NCBI GenBank assembly: GCA_963663385.2
Contig: CAXXXD010000003.1
Span: forward strand, 864,001 to 928,000
DNA: 64,000 nt
Direction of reading: 5' to 3'
Origin: Oceanispirochaeta sp.
GTDB lineage: Bacteria; Spirochaetota; Spirochaetia; DSM-2461
Shown here one piece after another: positions 1 to 8,824 of this stretch. The position numbers and the translations under genes were made by a program. A model generated the notes under the pieces. It did not search any database, was not told the origin of the DNA, and saw only the letters and a list, made by a program, of their open reading frames with translations. How positions within the stretch are numbered: position 1 is the first letter of the stretch; each line of letters begins with the position of its first letter.

Positions 1-2
1 CA

Positions 3-1805
3 GATCTCGCCCTGTTTCTCCAGTTTTCCGTAAAGGGAGCCATTATTGGTATCGGAGGGGTGATTGTATCCTTCCTTTCCGGCGCCTGGGCGGGAAGCCT
101 GCTGACAGGTCTTTCTCCTTTTGCACCGGTTAACCTTTTTCTGGGAGTCATATCCGTCGCCACTTCAGTAGGGATTACAGCCCGTATCCTGTCGGAACAG
201 AGAAAAATGGACTCTCCCGAAGGTGTAACAATTCTGGCCGCCGCCGTAATTGATGATGTTCTTGGTATTATTATCCTTGCAATTATTCTGGGTATAGTTT
301 CCGTTCTCACCAGTGGGGGAGCGGATGGCGTCAATTGGGGCGCTATCGGTATGATTGCCCTGAAGGCTGTAGGAGTCTGGCTGGGATTTACCGCAGTGGG
401 GCTGTTCTTTGCCAGGAAAATCGGAAACTCACTCAAAATTTTCCGATCTGAAACGACTATAGCCATAATGAGCCTTGGATTGGCTCTTCTCCTTTCCGGA
501 ATCTTTGAAAAAGCCGGTCTGGCTATGATTATCGGTGCCTATGTAATGGGCCTCTCTCTTTCCCGTACGGATATCAGCTTTGTTATACAGGAAAAAATCC
601 ATCCCCTGCAGGAGTTTTTTGTTCCCATCTTCTTCTGTGTCATGGGTATGCTGGTAAATGTAAATGAATTCCTGAATCCCAAAGTCCTTCTGGGGGGAGT
701 GCTTTTCTCCCTTATCGGAATCATCGCTAAAATTATCGGATGCGGCGGTCCTTCCCTGTTTCTGAACTTCAATATGCGTGGCGCCCTGAGAATCGGAGTC
801 GGTATGGTTCCCAGAGGGGAAGTCGCTCTGATTATCGCCGGTATTGGAATTGCCAGCGGTATCTTAAATGACAGTCAGTTCGGTATCGTCATTTTCATGA
901 CTCTGGTAACAACCATGCTTCCGCCGCCACTGCTGACGGCTCTTCTGAAAAATGGAAAAATGGGAACCCGGACAGAGATGAAGGGATCCAGTTCTGTAAG
1001 TTCTAAATTCGACTTCCCCTCCCGGGAAATGACCCAGATGGCTATCGCCAGGGTTATCTCAGCTCTGAAAGAGGAAGGATTCTATGTACACGAGCTTGAT
1101 GTGGAGGATCATCTGCTGTACCAGGCCCGAAAGGACGATGTGTTCCTGACAATTCATGAATATGCAACAATAATGGAAATTGTTTCCGACCCTGTTGATG
1201 TTTTCTATGCTAAAACCGTTGTATATGAATCTCTCCTGGGAATGCATGAAACCATTAATAAAATCAAGGATATCGCGAAACCCGAACAGTTGAAGGAAGG
1301 CATGAAGGATATGGCCGCCGATTCCAAAGCGCGGGTGCAGGAGGACTACTTCAAAAATATCCGGGAAGACTGTATCGCCATGGATCTGAAAGGGAAGGAT
1401 AAGGACAGTATCCTGGAAGAGATGTGTACCATGCTCTATGATTCAGGGCAGATCAAGGATTATGAAGCCTGTCTGCAGGCTCTTAAAGACCGGGAAGCAA
1501 CTATGAGTACGGGTATGCAGAACGGTATAGCCATTCCTCATGGTAAAGCTGACGGCGTAAATGAATTGATTGTCGGTCTGGGGCTTAAAAAAGAAGGAAT
1601 GGATTTTCAGTCTCTGGATGGAAAAGATACAAAAATCTTTATAATGACCCTGTCTCCCAGAACGACAACCGGTCCCCATATCCAGTTTCTGTCCTCCATA
1701 AGCGCCATACTGAATAAACCGGGGATCTGTGATGAAATCTTACAGTGTCCCAGTGCGGCTGATGTCAAGAACCTTCTGATACAGAAAGCCCTCGAAAGCA
1801 AATAA
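3..1805 (+). CDS. Cation:proton antiporter (CPA2/NapA-like) fused to a C-terminal PTS EIIA domain; 5'-truncated by the window edge
   Basis: Frame is open from base 3. CPA2 motifs ATSVGIT, AAVIDDVLG and GMVPRGEVALIIA are present. C-terminal REATMSTG..GIAIPHG is an EIIA phospho-His motif. Confidence 0.9.
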   Translation, partial: DLALFLQFSVKGAIIGIGGVIVSFLSGAWAGSLLTGLSPFAPVNLFLGVISVATSVGITARILSEQRKMDSPEGVTILAAAVIDDVLGIIILAIILGIVSVLTSGGADGVNWGAIGMIALKAVGVWLGFTAVGLFFARKIGNSLKIFRSETTIAIMSLGLALLLSGIFEKAGLAMIIGAYVMGLSLSRTDISFVIQEKIHPLQEFFVPIFFCVMGMLVNVNEFLNPKVLLGGVLFSLIGIIAKIIGCGGPSLFLNFNMRGALRIGVGMVPRGEVALIIAGIGIASGILNDSQFGIVIFMTLVTTMLPPPLLTALLKNGKMGTRTEMKGSSSVSSKFDFPSREMTQMAIARVISALKEEGFYVHELDVEDHLLYQARKDDVFLTIHEYATIMEIVSDPVDVFYAKTVVYESLLGMHETINKIKDIAKPEQLKEGMKDMAADSKARVQEDYFKNIREDCIAMDLKGKDKDSILEEMCTMLYDSGQIKDYEACLQALKDREATMSTGMQNGIAIPHGKADGVNELIVGLGLKKEGMDFQSLDGKDTKIFIMTLSPRTTTGPHIQFLSSISAILNKPGICDEILQCPSAADVKNLLIQKALESK

Positions 1806-1813
1806 TCGTACAA

Positions 1814-1895
1814 ACCCCTCTCAAAGTCTCCCCCGGGGGGGGGATGCGTTTTTAAGGTTGCACCCCTCCTTATGGAGGGGTTGGGGGAGTTTTTT
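1814..1895. repeat. GC-rich palindromic intergenic element (BoxC-like), probably acting as a terminator between convergent genes
   Basis: CCCCTCC-TTAT-GGAGGGG hairpin, a C5-G9 tract, and pyrimidine-rich/purine-rich flanks followed by a T run. Confidence 0.45.
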
Positions 1896-1896
1896 A

Positions 1897-2595
1897 TTAG
1901 TTCTGAATTTCCTCCGGAATGACCCCATTCCGTTTCATCGCAGCAGCCCAATAGATAAAGGGTGTGTCCATGGCGGCCACAATCCACTTGATGAAATAGG
2001 TTGAAAAGAGTATTTCCATCAGAACCGGAACGGGAAAAATTCCGGCAAAGGCAATTAAGGTAAATACAATCGAATCCAGAAGCTGACTAACCATTGTACT
2101 GGCATTGTTCCGGATCCAGATCATTTTTGTGCCGGGCCACTTTTTCTTCCAGAAGTTGTACGCCCAGACATCATGGATCTGAGATATCCCGAAAGCAGTA
2201 AGACTGGCCAGGGCAATACGGGGCATAAAACCGAACAGGGCTGACAGGTGCTCCTGGGCCCAGTCGTCTGCTCCGGGTACAAACCATAGGGCCCCCTGAA
2301 ACAGCAGGGTTGAAGCAATCAGGGACATAAACCCGATCAGAACGGCTTTGGAGGCAGATCTCTTTCCATAATTTTCAGACAGGATATCCGTTACCAGAAA
2401 GGACGTGGCATAGACAATATTTCCCAGAGTCGCACTGATGCCAAAAAGTTCGACAAGTTTAAGGACCTGAATATTGGCTACAATGACAGCAAGAGGAATC
2501 CAGACGTAGAGTCCGGTCTTTCCCAGAACCCTGTAAAAAAGTAAAATAGAGAGGAAGTTCACCATAAGCATGGCGAACCATAGAAGTTCGTTCAT
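1897..2595 (-). CDS. Queuosine precursor transporter (YhhQ/VUT family)
   Basis: Hydrophobic 232 aa with ANIQVLK, TDILSENYG, PRIALASL, RNNASTMVSQLLDS and DTPF motifs; preQ1-like riboswitch upstream. Confidence 0.92.
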   Translation of the reverse strand: MNELLWFAMLMVNFLSILLFYRVLGKTGLYVWIPLAVIVANIQVLKLVELFGISATLGNIVYATSFLVTDILSENYGKRSASKAVLIGFMSLIASTLLFQGALWFVPGADDWAQEHLSALFGFMPRIALASLTAFGISQIHDVWAYNFWKKKWPGTKMIWIRNNASTMVSQLLDSIVFTLIAFAGIFPVPVLMEILFSTYFIKWIVAAMDTPFIYWAAAMKRNGVIPEEIQN

Positions 2596-2599
2596 TCGA

Positions 2600-2694
2600 A
2601 TACTCCCAGTTTTGATTCAGGGATTGTCCCGTAGGGGAAACCCCATAATTAGGCGGGTAAAATCTGGCACCGCCTGAGCAGATTAACAATCTGC
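2600..2694 (-). ncRNA. preQ1 class I-like riboswitch with a 5' P0 hairpin and two hairpins inserted in L3
   Basis: P1 AGGCGG/CCGCCU encloses loop UGCCAGAUUUUAC. The tail AAUCAAAACUGG pairs with CCAG and overlaps the SD GGGAG. It lies directly upstream of the Q-precursor transporter. Confidence 0.7.
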
Positions 2695-2701
2695 GTCGTA
2701 C

Positions 2702-2730
2702 ATCTTACTGACTCCCCGTGGCTGTGGCAA
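2702..2730 (-). promoter_or_regulatory. sigma70 promoter of the Q-precursor transporter
   Basis: TTGCCA-17 bp-TAAGAT on the minus strand; predicted TSS just 5' of the P0 hairpin. Confidence 0.7.
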
Positions 2731-2769
2731 TACGGAAGGGGGCATAATCCGAATAATAAAGGAAAGGAT

Positions 2770-3486
2770 ATGGCGGAAAAAATTCAGGCAGTTATCTTCG
2801 ATCTCTTTACCACTCTTACATCTCTTACTCACCTGCCCGAAGCACCGGGAAGGTTTTCCCATGAAATCCTGGGCGTCTCAAAGGAAGCGTGGACTGATGC
2901 CCTTTTTAATCTGTCACGGGATCGTCTGGTCGGGAATATTACGGATCCTGTGGAAATCATCAGGGACGTCGCCTGGAAAATTGATCCTTCTGTTGCTGAA
3001 AATGTACTGGAAGAGGTGGCATCCCAACGGCGTATCCGTTTTGATTACTGCCTGAAAAATCCTCCGGATGGAGTTCTTGACTCTTTGCGGGCAATAAAGA
3101 AAGCAGGGTATAAACTGGCGCTGCTCAGTAATGCGGATGTCATAGAGGCAGCGGGATGGGCAGGATCCGGTTTCGAAAGGTACTTTGATACAGCTGTTTT
3201 TTCCTGTTATGTGGGGTATATGAAGCCGGATCCGGAAATCTTTCAGATATGTCTGGGGCGTCTGGGACTGACAGGCCCGGACTGCCTGTATGTGGGAGAT
3301 GGCGGGAATCAGGAGCTTATTGCCTCGGCAGAAGCAGGGATGACCGCTGTGCTGACAAGTCAGTTTCTCCGGAAGTCAAGACCGGAAAAAGTAGGGGAGA
3401 GGGCAAGGACTGTAAACCATCATATACAAAATCTGAATGAAATCCTTCCTCTTCTGAATTCGCTTGAAGCAGCCGGGGAATCCTGA
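2770..3486 (+). CDS. HAD-family hydrolase
   Basis: IFDLFTTL motif I, LSNA, KPDPEIF and YVGDG motifs. Confidence 0.85.
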   Translation: MAEKIQAVIFDLFTTLTSLTHLPEAPGRFSHEILGVSKEAWTDALFNLSRDRLVGNITDPVEIIRDVAWKIDPSVAENVLEEVASQRRIRFDYCLKNPPDGVLDSLRAIKKAGYKLALLSNADVIEAAGWAGSGFERYFDTAVFSCYVGYMKPDPEIFQICLGRLGLTGPDCLYVGDGGNQELIASAEAGMTAVLTSQFLRKSRPEKVGERARTVNHHIQNLNEILPLLNSLEAAGES

Positions 3487-3553
3487 GGTTCATGAAATCC
3501 GGGGAGGGATTGGATAATCACTATTTTTTTTCTATAAAAACAGTTATCCCTGT

Positions 3554-3582
3554 TTGACACTAACAGTCCATTTCCTTATCAT
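3554..3582 (+). promoter_or_regulatory. sigma70 promoter of the DEAD-box helicase
   Basis: TTGACA-17 bp-TATCAT. Confidence 0.65.
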
Positions 3583-3632
3583 CACCTGATAACGTAAAAT
3601 GCACCATGAAAATGAAATAATAAGGAAAATAA

Positions 3633-5387
3633 TTGAATTTTGAAGAATTGAATCTAAGTGATTCCATATTGAAGGCTATCGCCGAAATGGGCTTTACCGA
3701 GCCTACCCCCATTCAGGGAGAAGTTATTCCCATGCTTCTCGAATCAAAAGAAGATGTCATTGCACTGGCTCAGACCGGTACCGGGAAAACCGCGGCTTTC
3801 GGTCTTCCTCTTATTCATAATATTGATTCATCCGACAGAAAAACCAAAGGCGTAGTCCTCTGTCCCACACGGGAACTGTGTCTGCAGATACATACGGAAA
3901 TGACCCAGTTTGCCAAATACACCAGGGGTTTGCATATGACAGCCGTTTACGGAGGATCGGATATCGGATCACAGATACGCTCCCTTAAACAGGGTTCCCA
4001 GATTATCATCGCCACACCCGGCCGTCTTGTGGACCTCATTAAAAGAGGCGCGGCCGATTTAAGTTCACTCAGTTATCTGGTAATGGACGAAGCCGATATT
4101 ATGCTTAATATGGGCTTCCGGGAAGAGCTGGATTTTATCCTCTCTTCAGCTCCGGAAGAACGGCAGAATCTGCTTTTTTCTGCAACCATGCCCGCTGAGG
4201 TGGCTCGGATCGCCTCCGAATATATGAATAATCCCGCAGAAGTTTCCATGGGAAAGAAAAATGCCGGGACAGATACTATCGAGCACTATTACTATCTGGT
4301 TCATGCAAAGGACCGATATAATGCCCTGAAACGCCTGGTTGATTTCAACCCCGGTATCTATGGGCTTATTTTCTGCCGGACCAGGGCTGATACCCAGATT
4401 ATTGCCGACCGCATGCTTAAAGACGGGTATAACGTGGACGCCCTTCATGGTGATCTCTCCCAGCAGCAGAGGGAATATGTAATGAAGAAATTCCGGGACC
4501 AGAGTCTGCAGCTTCTGGTTGCAACGGATATTGCAGCCAGGGGACTGGATGTAAATAACCTGACCCATGTTATCCATTATGAACTGCCCGATGAAATAGA
4601 AGCCTATAATCATAGAAGCGGACGAACAGGCCGTGCCGGGCGGAGGGGAACCTCCTGTGCCATTATCAATATGCGGGAACGCTACAAGATTAAACGAATA
4701 GAAGCAATTCTTGGCAGAAAAATACTGCAGGCCCCCGTTCCCATGGGACCGGATATCTGTGAGCAGCAGCTGATGCATCTGATTGACCGTGTTCATACGG
4801 TCGACATTGATGAAGAGCAGATTGCTCCCTATGTGGATGTGATTGAAGATAAACTGAAAGATCTGGACCGCCAGACTCTTTTAAAGCATTTTATATCCCT
4901 TGAATTCAACCGGTTTCTGAACTATTACGGTAATGCACCCGATCTGATGCCCGTTAAACCCGAGAGGGGAAGGGAGCGGGAAGGCCGGGAATTCGGCAAA
5001 GACCGTCAGGGAGGCCGTCAGCGTGAAGGGAATATCCGGTATGCCCATATCAATTTAAACATCGGTCATAAGGACAGGGTAACTCCTCCCCATATTATCG
5101 GTCTTATAAACAGGTCTACCAAAGGCTTGCAGGTTCCGATCGGAAGGATTGATATCGGCCCGACCAAGTCCTCTGTTCAGGTAGCGGCGGACTGTCTGGA
5201 TATGGTGGAAGAAGCTCTGAAACGGATTCCGTTTGCGGGGAAGCGGATAAAAATAACAACCCATCCGGGCGGTACACCCACTTTCGAAGGCGGCAGAAGG
5301 GGCGGTGAAAGACGCTATGACAGAAAGAGCGGCGGTAAAAAGAACAAGTCCGGTGGAAAATACGGCAAATCCCGCAGGGAATCCTGA
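3633..5387 (+). CDS. DEAD-box RNA helicase with DbpA-type RNA-binding C-terminus (DeaD/CsdA-like); TTG start
   Basis: Q motif, AQTGTGKT, PTRELC, DEAD, SAT and HRSGRTGRAG; basic Gly/Arg tail. Confidence 0.92.
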   Translation: MNFEELNLSDSILKAIAEMGFTEPTPIQGEVIPMLLESKEDVIALAQTGTGKTAAFGLPLIHNIDSSDRKTKGVVLCPTRELCLQIHTEMTQFAKYTRGLHMTAVYGGSDIGSQIRSLKQGSQIIIATPGRLVDLIKRGAADLSSLSYLVMDEADIMLNMGFREELDFILSSAPEERQNLLFSATMPAEVARIASEYMNNPAEVSMGKKNAGTDTIEHYYYLVHAKDRYNALKRLVDFNPGIYGLIFCRTRADTQIIADRMLKDGYNVDALHGDLSQQQREYVMKKFRDQSLQLLVATDIAARGLDVNNLTHVIHYELPDEIEAYNHRSGRTGRAGRRGTSCAIINMRERYKIKRIEAILGRKILQAPVPMGPDICEQQLMHLIDRVHTVDIDEEQIAPYVDVIEDKLKDLDRQTLLKHFISLEFNRFLNYYGNAPDLMPVKPERGREREGREFGKDRQGGRQREGNIRYAHINLNIGHKDRVTPPHIIGLINRSTKGLQVPIGRIDIGPTKSSVQVAADCLDMVEEALKRIPFAGKRIKITTHPGGTPTFEGGRRGGERRYDRKSGGKKNKSGGKYGKSRRES

Positions 5388-5522
5388 AAGGAATACTTCG
5401 ACTGATGTCTGATGTATTCCTGTTCGGCAATGTCGCCTCTTTGGCAGTATTATCAGGGCGGTATCACGGGGCTGAGCCTTGTTTTATTTTCCCGTAATCC
5501 GAATAAATCCTGCTGATTCCTG

Positions 5523-5549
5523 TTAAGAAAAAAAATCAGTTTCCGATTA
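5523..5549 (+). promoter_or_regulatory. Candidate sigma28 (FliA) promoter of the rod genes
   Basis: TTAA-15 bp-TCCGATTA upstream of flagellar genes. Confidence 0.45.
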
Positions 5550-5613
5550 TGTAAATAGACACGGCCGGAACTAAGCGGCTGTTTCCCAAAAGGTTTAACA
5601 GGAGAATCGGCGG

Positions 5614-6465
5614 ATGATTCGGGGATTATACACCGGGGCCAGCGGAATGCAGGCTCAGCAGCACAGAATGGATGCGTTGGCAAATAACCTGGCCAATGTG
5701 GATTTGAACGGATACAAGCGGGACACTTCCGTCCATAAAGCCTTCCCCGAAATGCTCATCCGTCGCATGAACGACGATGTGCATCAGTTTCCTGTCGGCA
5801 GTGTCGATTCGGCTCCCATCGTTGGAAAACTGGGAACCGGAGTAGAATACAATGAATCTTTTACCGTTTTTGATCAGGGATCTCTGAAAGAGACATCCAA
5901 TCCCTTTGATATTGCCCTGGACGGGGACGGTTTTTTTTCCATACAGACAAACAACGGGGAACGCTACACCCGCAACGGATCTTTTATCCTGGGCAAGGAA
6001 GGGTATCTTCTTACTAAAGAAGGGTATAAGGTTCTGGGCGAAAACGGCCCCATACAGATCAAACTGAACAATTTCACCATAGATAAACAGGGACGTGTCT
6101 TTCAGAACGGTGCTCTGTCCGATAATCCGCAGCGGCTTGTTTCAATGGAAGAGAACGACTGGGCCGAAACCGAGCTGGTGGATAATTTGAAGGTCGTTCG
6201 ATTTGAGGGGAATGGGAACCGGTTCCTTAAAAAACAGGGCAGTTCCCTCTGGACAGATACTTTTGAGTCCGGTGAAGCCTACACAACAGCCCTGGGTGAC
6301 AGACCTAAGGTTCTGCAGGGCTTTCTGGAAGCCTCCAATGTGAATCCTGTAACCGAAATGGTAAATATGATAGAAGTTAACCGGGCCTACGAAGCCAATC
6401 AGAAAGTGATTACTTCCCAGGACGGCATGCTGAATAAACTTATAAATCAGGCTGCCCGTTACTAG
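5614..6465 (+). CDS. flgF: Flagellar basal-body rod protein FlgF/FlhO
   Basis: ANNLAN..GYK N-terminus, YTRNGSF, LEASNVNPV.EMV C-terminus. Confidence 0.85.
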   Translation: MIRGLYTGASGMQAQQHRMDALANNLANVDLNGYKRDTSVHKAFPEMLIRRMNDDVHQFPVGSVDSAPIVGKLGTGVEYNESFTVFDQGSLKETSNPFDIALDGDGFFSIQTNNGERYTRNGSFILGKEGYLLTKEGYKVLGENGPIQIKLNNFTIDKQGRVFQNGALSDNPQRLVSMEENDWAETELVDNLKVVRFEGNGNRFLKKQGSSLWTDTFESGEAYTTALGDRPKVLQGFLEASNVNPVTEMVNMIEVNRAYEANQKVITSQDGMLNKLINQAARY

Positions 6466-6484
6466 GGTTTAGGAGATAGATGGT

Positions 6485-7279
6485 ATGATGAGATCATTAT
6501 GGACCGCCGCTTCAGGAATGAACGGTCAGCAGTTTAATATCGATACGATTTCAAATAACCTGTCCAATGTGAATACGACTGGTTATAAACAGGTCAGGGC
6601 GGATTTTGAGGACCTGATCTATCAGACCAGCCGCATTGCCGGTACTCCTGCAACGGAAGATACAGTTGTTCCCACAGGTATTCAGGTCGGTCATGGTGTG
6701 AAAGTAGCGGCTTCCCAGAGGATGTTCACTCAGGGCTCTCTCCAGAATACCGGGAATGATTCGGATATTGCCATTATGGGCGAGGGATTCTACAGAACCC
6801 TGCAGATGGATGGCACATACGGTTATACCAGAGATGGAGCTTTTAAGATTGACAGTAACGGCCAGCTGGTAACTTCCAATGGAAACAAGGTCCTTCCGGA
6901 AGTGATTCTTCCAGAGGGTTTTATACGGGATTCTCTGGCTATCAGTCAGGATGGACGTATTAATGTCAAAATGCCGGGGAGTGACGATCCTGTCGAGGTA
7001 GGACAGATGCAGCTCTTCCGCTTTGTAAACCCGGCTGGACTTCAGGCTATCGGGGAAAACACTTTTAAAGTATCAAGCGCCTCCGGTGATCCTATCGGCG
7101 GTCGTCCCGGATTTGACGGGATGGGAAAGGTCTATCACAAATTTCTGGAAAACTCCAATGTGTCTGTAGTAAAAGAGATGGTCAGTATGATTGTGGCTCA
7201 GCGGGCCTACGAACTGAATTCAAAAGCTATTCAGACCTCGGATTCCATGCTGCAGATTGCTAATGGGCTGAAAAGATAA
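6485..7279 (+). CDS. flgG: Flagellar basal-body rod protein FlgG
   Basis: SNNLSNVNTTGYK, FEDLIYQ, YTRDGAF, LENSNV..V.EMV.MIVAQRAYE.NSK. Confidence 0.93.
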   Translation: MMRSLWTAASGMNGQQFNIDTISNNLSNVNTTGYKQVRADFEDLIYQTSRIAGTPATEDTVVPTGIQVGHGVKVAASQRMFTQGSLQNTGNDSDIAIMGEGFYRTLQMDGTYGYTRDGAFKIDSNGQLVTSNGNKVLPEVILPEGFIRDSLAISQDGRINVKMPGSDDPVEVGQMQLFRFVNPAGLQAIGENTFKVSSASGDPIGGRPGFDGMGKVYHKFLENSNVSVVKEMVSMIVAQRAYELNSKAIQTSDSMLQIANGLKR

Positions 7280-7293
7280 GGCGGATATAGAAC

Positions 7294-7638
7294 ATGAGTG
7301 ATAACATCAGCGCTTCAGGTCAGTTCTACTACCAGAATAACAGCCGTTCCGTGCTGGAAGCCTCTCTGAATACTGCAAAAGGTCAGAATCAGGCGGAAAT
7401 GGATAAACTGAAAGAAGCGTGCAGGGATTTTGAATCCCTCTTTGTAAAACAGATGCTGAATGCCATGAAGAAAACTGTAAACAAGACAGAGCTTGTCAAG
7501 AGGAATATGGGAGAGGATATCTTTGAGGATATGCTTTATGATGAATACGCCAAAAAAATGACCGAAACCGCAGGTTTGGGAATCGGTAGGATGATGTATC
7601 AACAGTTATCCCGGCAGCTTCCGGGAGATATTGTATAG
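7294..7638 (+). CDS. flgJ: Rod-binding protein (single-domain FlgJ)
   Basis: LKEAC.DFESLFVKQML.AMKKTV...F.DMLYDEYA...GLG; no muramidase domain. Confidence 0.82.
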   Translation: MSDNISASGQFYYQNNSRSVLEASLNTAKGQNQAEMDKLKEACRDFESLFVKQMLNAMKKTVNKTELVKRNMGEDIFEDMLYDEYAKKMTETAGLGIGRMMYQQLSRQLPGDIV

Positions 7639-7649
7639 ATTTTAATCCG

Positions 7650-7677
7650 GCCGGCTATTGAAAGCCGGCTTTTTTTT
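7650..7677 (+). terminator. Intrinsic terminator after flgJ
   Basis: GCCGGCT-6 nt-AGCCGGC followed by T8. Confidence 0.8.
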
Positions 7678-7845
7678 GGGTGATAGAATACATATTTACT
7701 ACTGATTTATGAGTTATAAAATAAGACTCTGTATAAAAAAATATACACATTAGACTCTCCGTATTGAAAGTGAAAAATAAAAATATTATATATTAAATGT
7801 TTTACAGTAATGAGATAATATTTTATTTGAGATGAAGTTTTTTTT

Positions 7846-7861
7846 TGGCCCTCTTTTTGCT
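7846..7861 (+). promoter_or_regulatory. sigma54 (-24/-12) promoter of the RpoS-like sigma gene
   Basis: TGGCCC-TCTTT-TTGCT (GG-N10-GC), 25 bp before ATG 7886, preceded by an AT-rich region. Confidence 0.7.
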
Positions 7862-7885
7862 TATATAAGGGTAGGGGGTGATACA

Positions 7886-8725
7886 ATGAAATATTCATCA
7901 GACACTAGTTTCGATTCCAGTATGAAATTTTATCTGGAAGAGATCTCCCGGTATCCTTTACTCTGTTTTGAAGAAGAAATGGACCTGGCCGAAAGAATCA
8001 GCAAAGGCGATATGATAGCCAGGCAGAAATTGATTAATTCCAATCTACGGCTTGTAGTGAAATTGGCAAGAGCCTATAAAGTATCAGGTGTAAGTCTTCT
8101 GGATCTTGTTCAGGAAGGGAATCTCGGTTTAATTAAAGCTGCCGAACGTTATGATTATAATAAAAAGGTCCGCTTCTGTACCTATGCCGTATGGTGGATA
8201 AAGCAGGCCATTACCAGATTTCTTACAGACAGGAGCCGTTCTATCCGTCTGCCCTACAGAAAGGAGGAAGCCCTTCGGCATATTCAGGAGTTTATCATGA
8301 TCTTTTCGTCCGAAGAGATGCGTTCTCCCTCGCTGAAGGAGATTTCCGAAGGTACGGGAGTAAAGTACAGCGATGTGGTTTCAATAATGGAGTTTTCGTC
8401 CAATCCGGTATCTCTCTATTCGGAAACAAATATTGATAACGGAACCCTTATCGATTTTCTTGAGGATAGTAACTATAATCCCGACAATGAGCTGTTTAAA
8501 AAATGTGCAGAAGAGGATATGCGGGATTCTCTGAGAAAACTGAAGCAGAAAGAGAGGGATATTCTGAAATTCCGCTACAATTTTGTGGATGGGAAGAAGC
8601 ATACACTGAAGACAATTGGAGAACATATGGGAATTTCTCCTGAAACGGTTCGACAGATTGAAATAAGAGCTCTGAAGAAGCTGAAGGAACAGGCCGGGGA
8701 CCTTAAGGAGTATATGCATTCCTGA
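7886..8725 (+). CDS. rpoS: RpoS-like alternative sigma70 factor (start moved to ATG 7886)
   Basis: Region 1.2 YLEEI.RYPLL, 2.1-2.4 NLRLVV/DLVQEGNLGL/TYAVWWIKQAI, region 4 TL..IG..ETVRQIE. SD GGGGTG precedes 7886; no region 1.1. Confidence 0.8.
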   Translation: MKYSSDTSFDSSMKFYLEEISRYPLLCFEEEMDLAERISKGDMIARQKLINSNLRLVVKLARAYKVSGVSLLDLVQEGNLGLIKAAERYDYNKKVRFCTYAVWWIKQAITRFLTDRSRSIRLPYRKEEALRHIQEFIMIFSSEEMRSPSLKEISEGTGVKYSDVVSIMEFSSNPVSLYSETNIDNGTLIDFLEDSNYNPDNELFKKCAEEDMRDSLRKLKQKERDILKFRYNFVDGKKHTLKTIGEHMGISPETVRQIEIRALKKLKEQAGDLKEYMHS

Positions 8726-8770
8726 TATCCATCGTATTGACGATACCTTCAATTATACTTAAATTAAGAG

Positions 8771-8802
8771 AGCAGAATCCTTTGGAGGATTCTGCTTTTT
8801 TT
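8771..8802 (+). terminator. Intrinsic terminator after the sigma gene
   Basis: AGCAGAATCCT-TTGG-AGGATTCTGCT followed by a T run. Confidence 0.75.
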
Positions 8803-8824
8803 CGTTCCGGACAAGGGAGTATAA

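Noticed and set aside
1830..1843. C5-G9 tract as a phase-variation switch
   Set aside because: It lies between convergent 3' ends, not in a promoter or CDS.
7832..7885. N-terminal extensions in the ORF track (sigma 7832, carA 10823, lepA 40353, rplY 32539, rnhA 54788)
   Set aside because: They overlap promoter or operator elements, and downstream starts fit the SD or family N-termini better.
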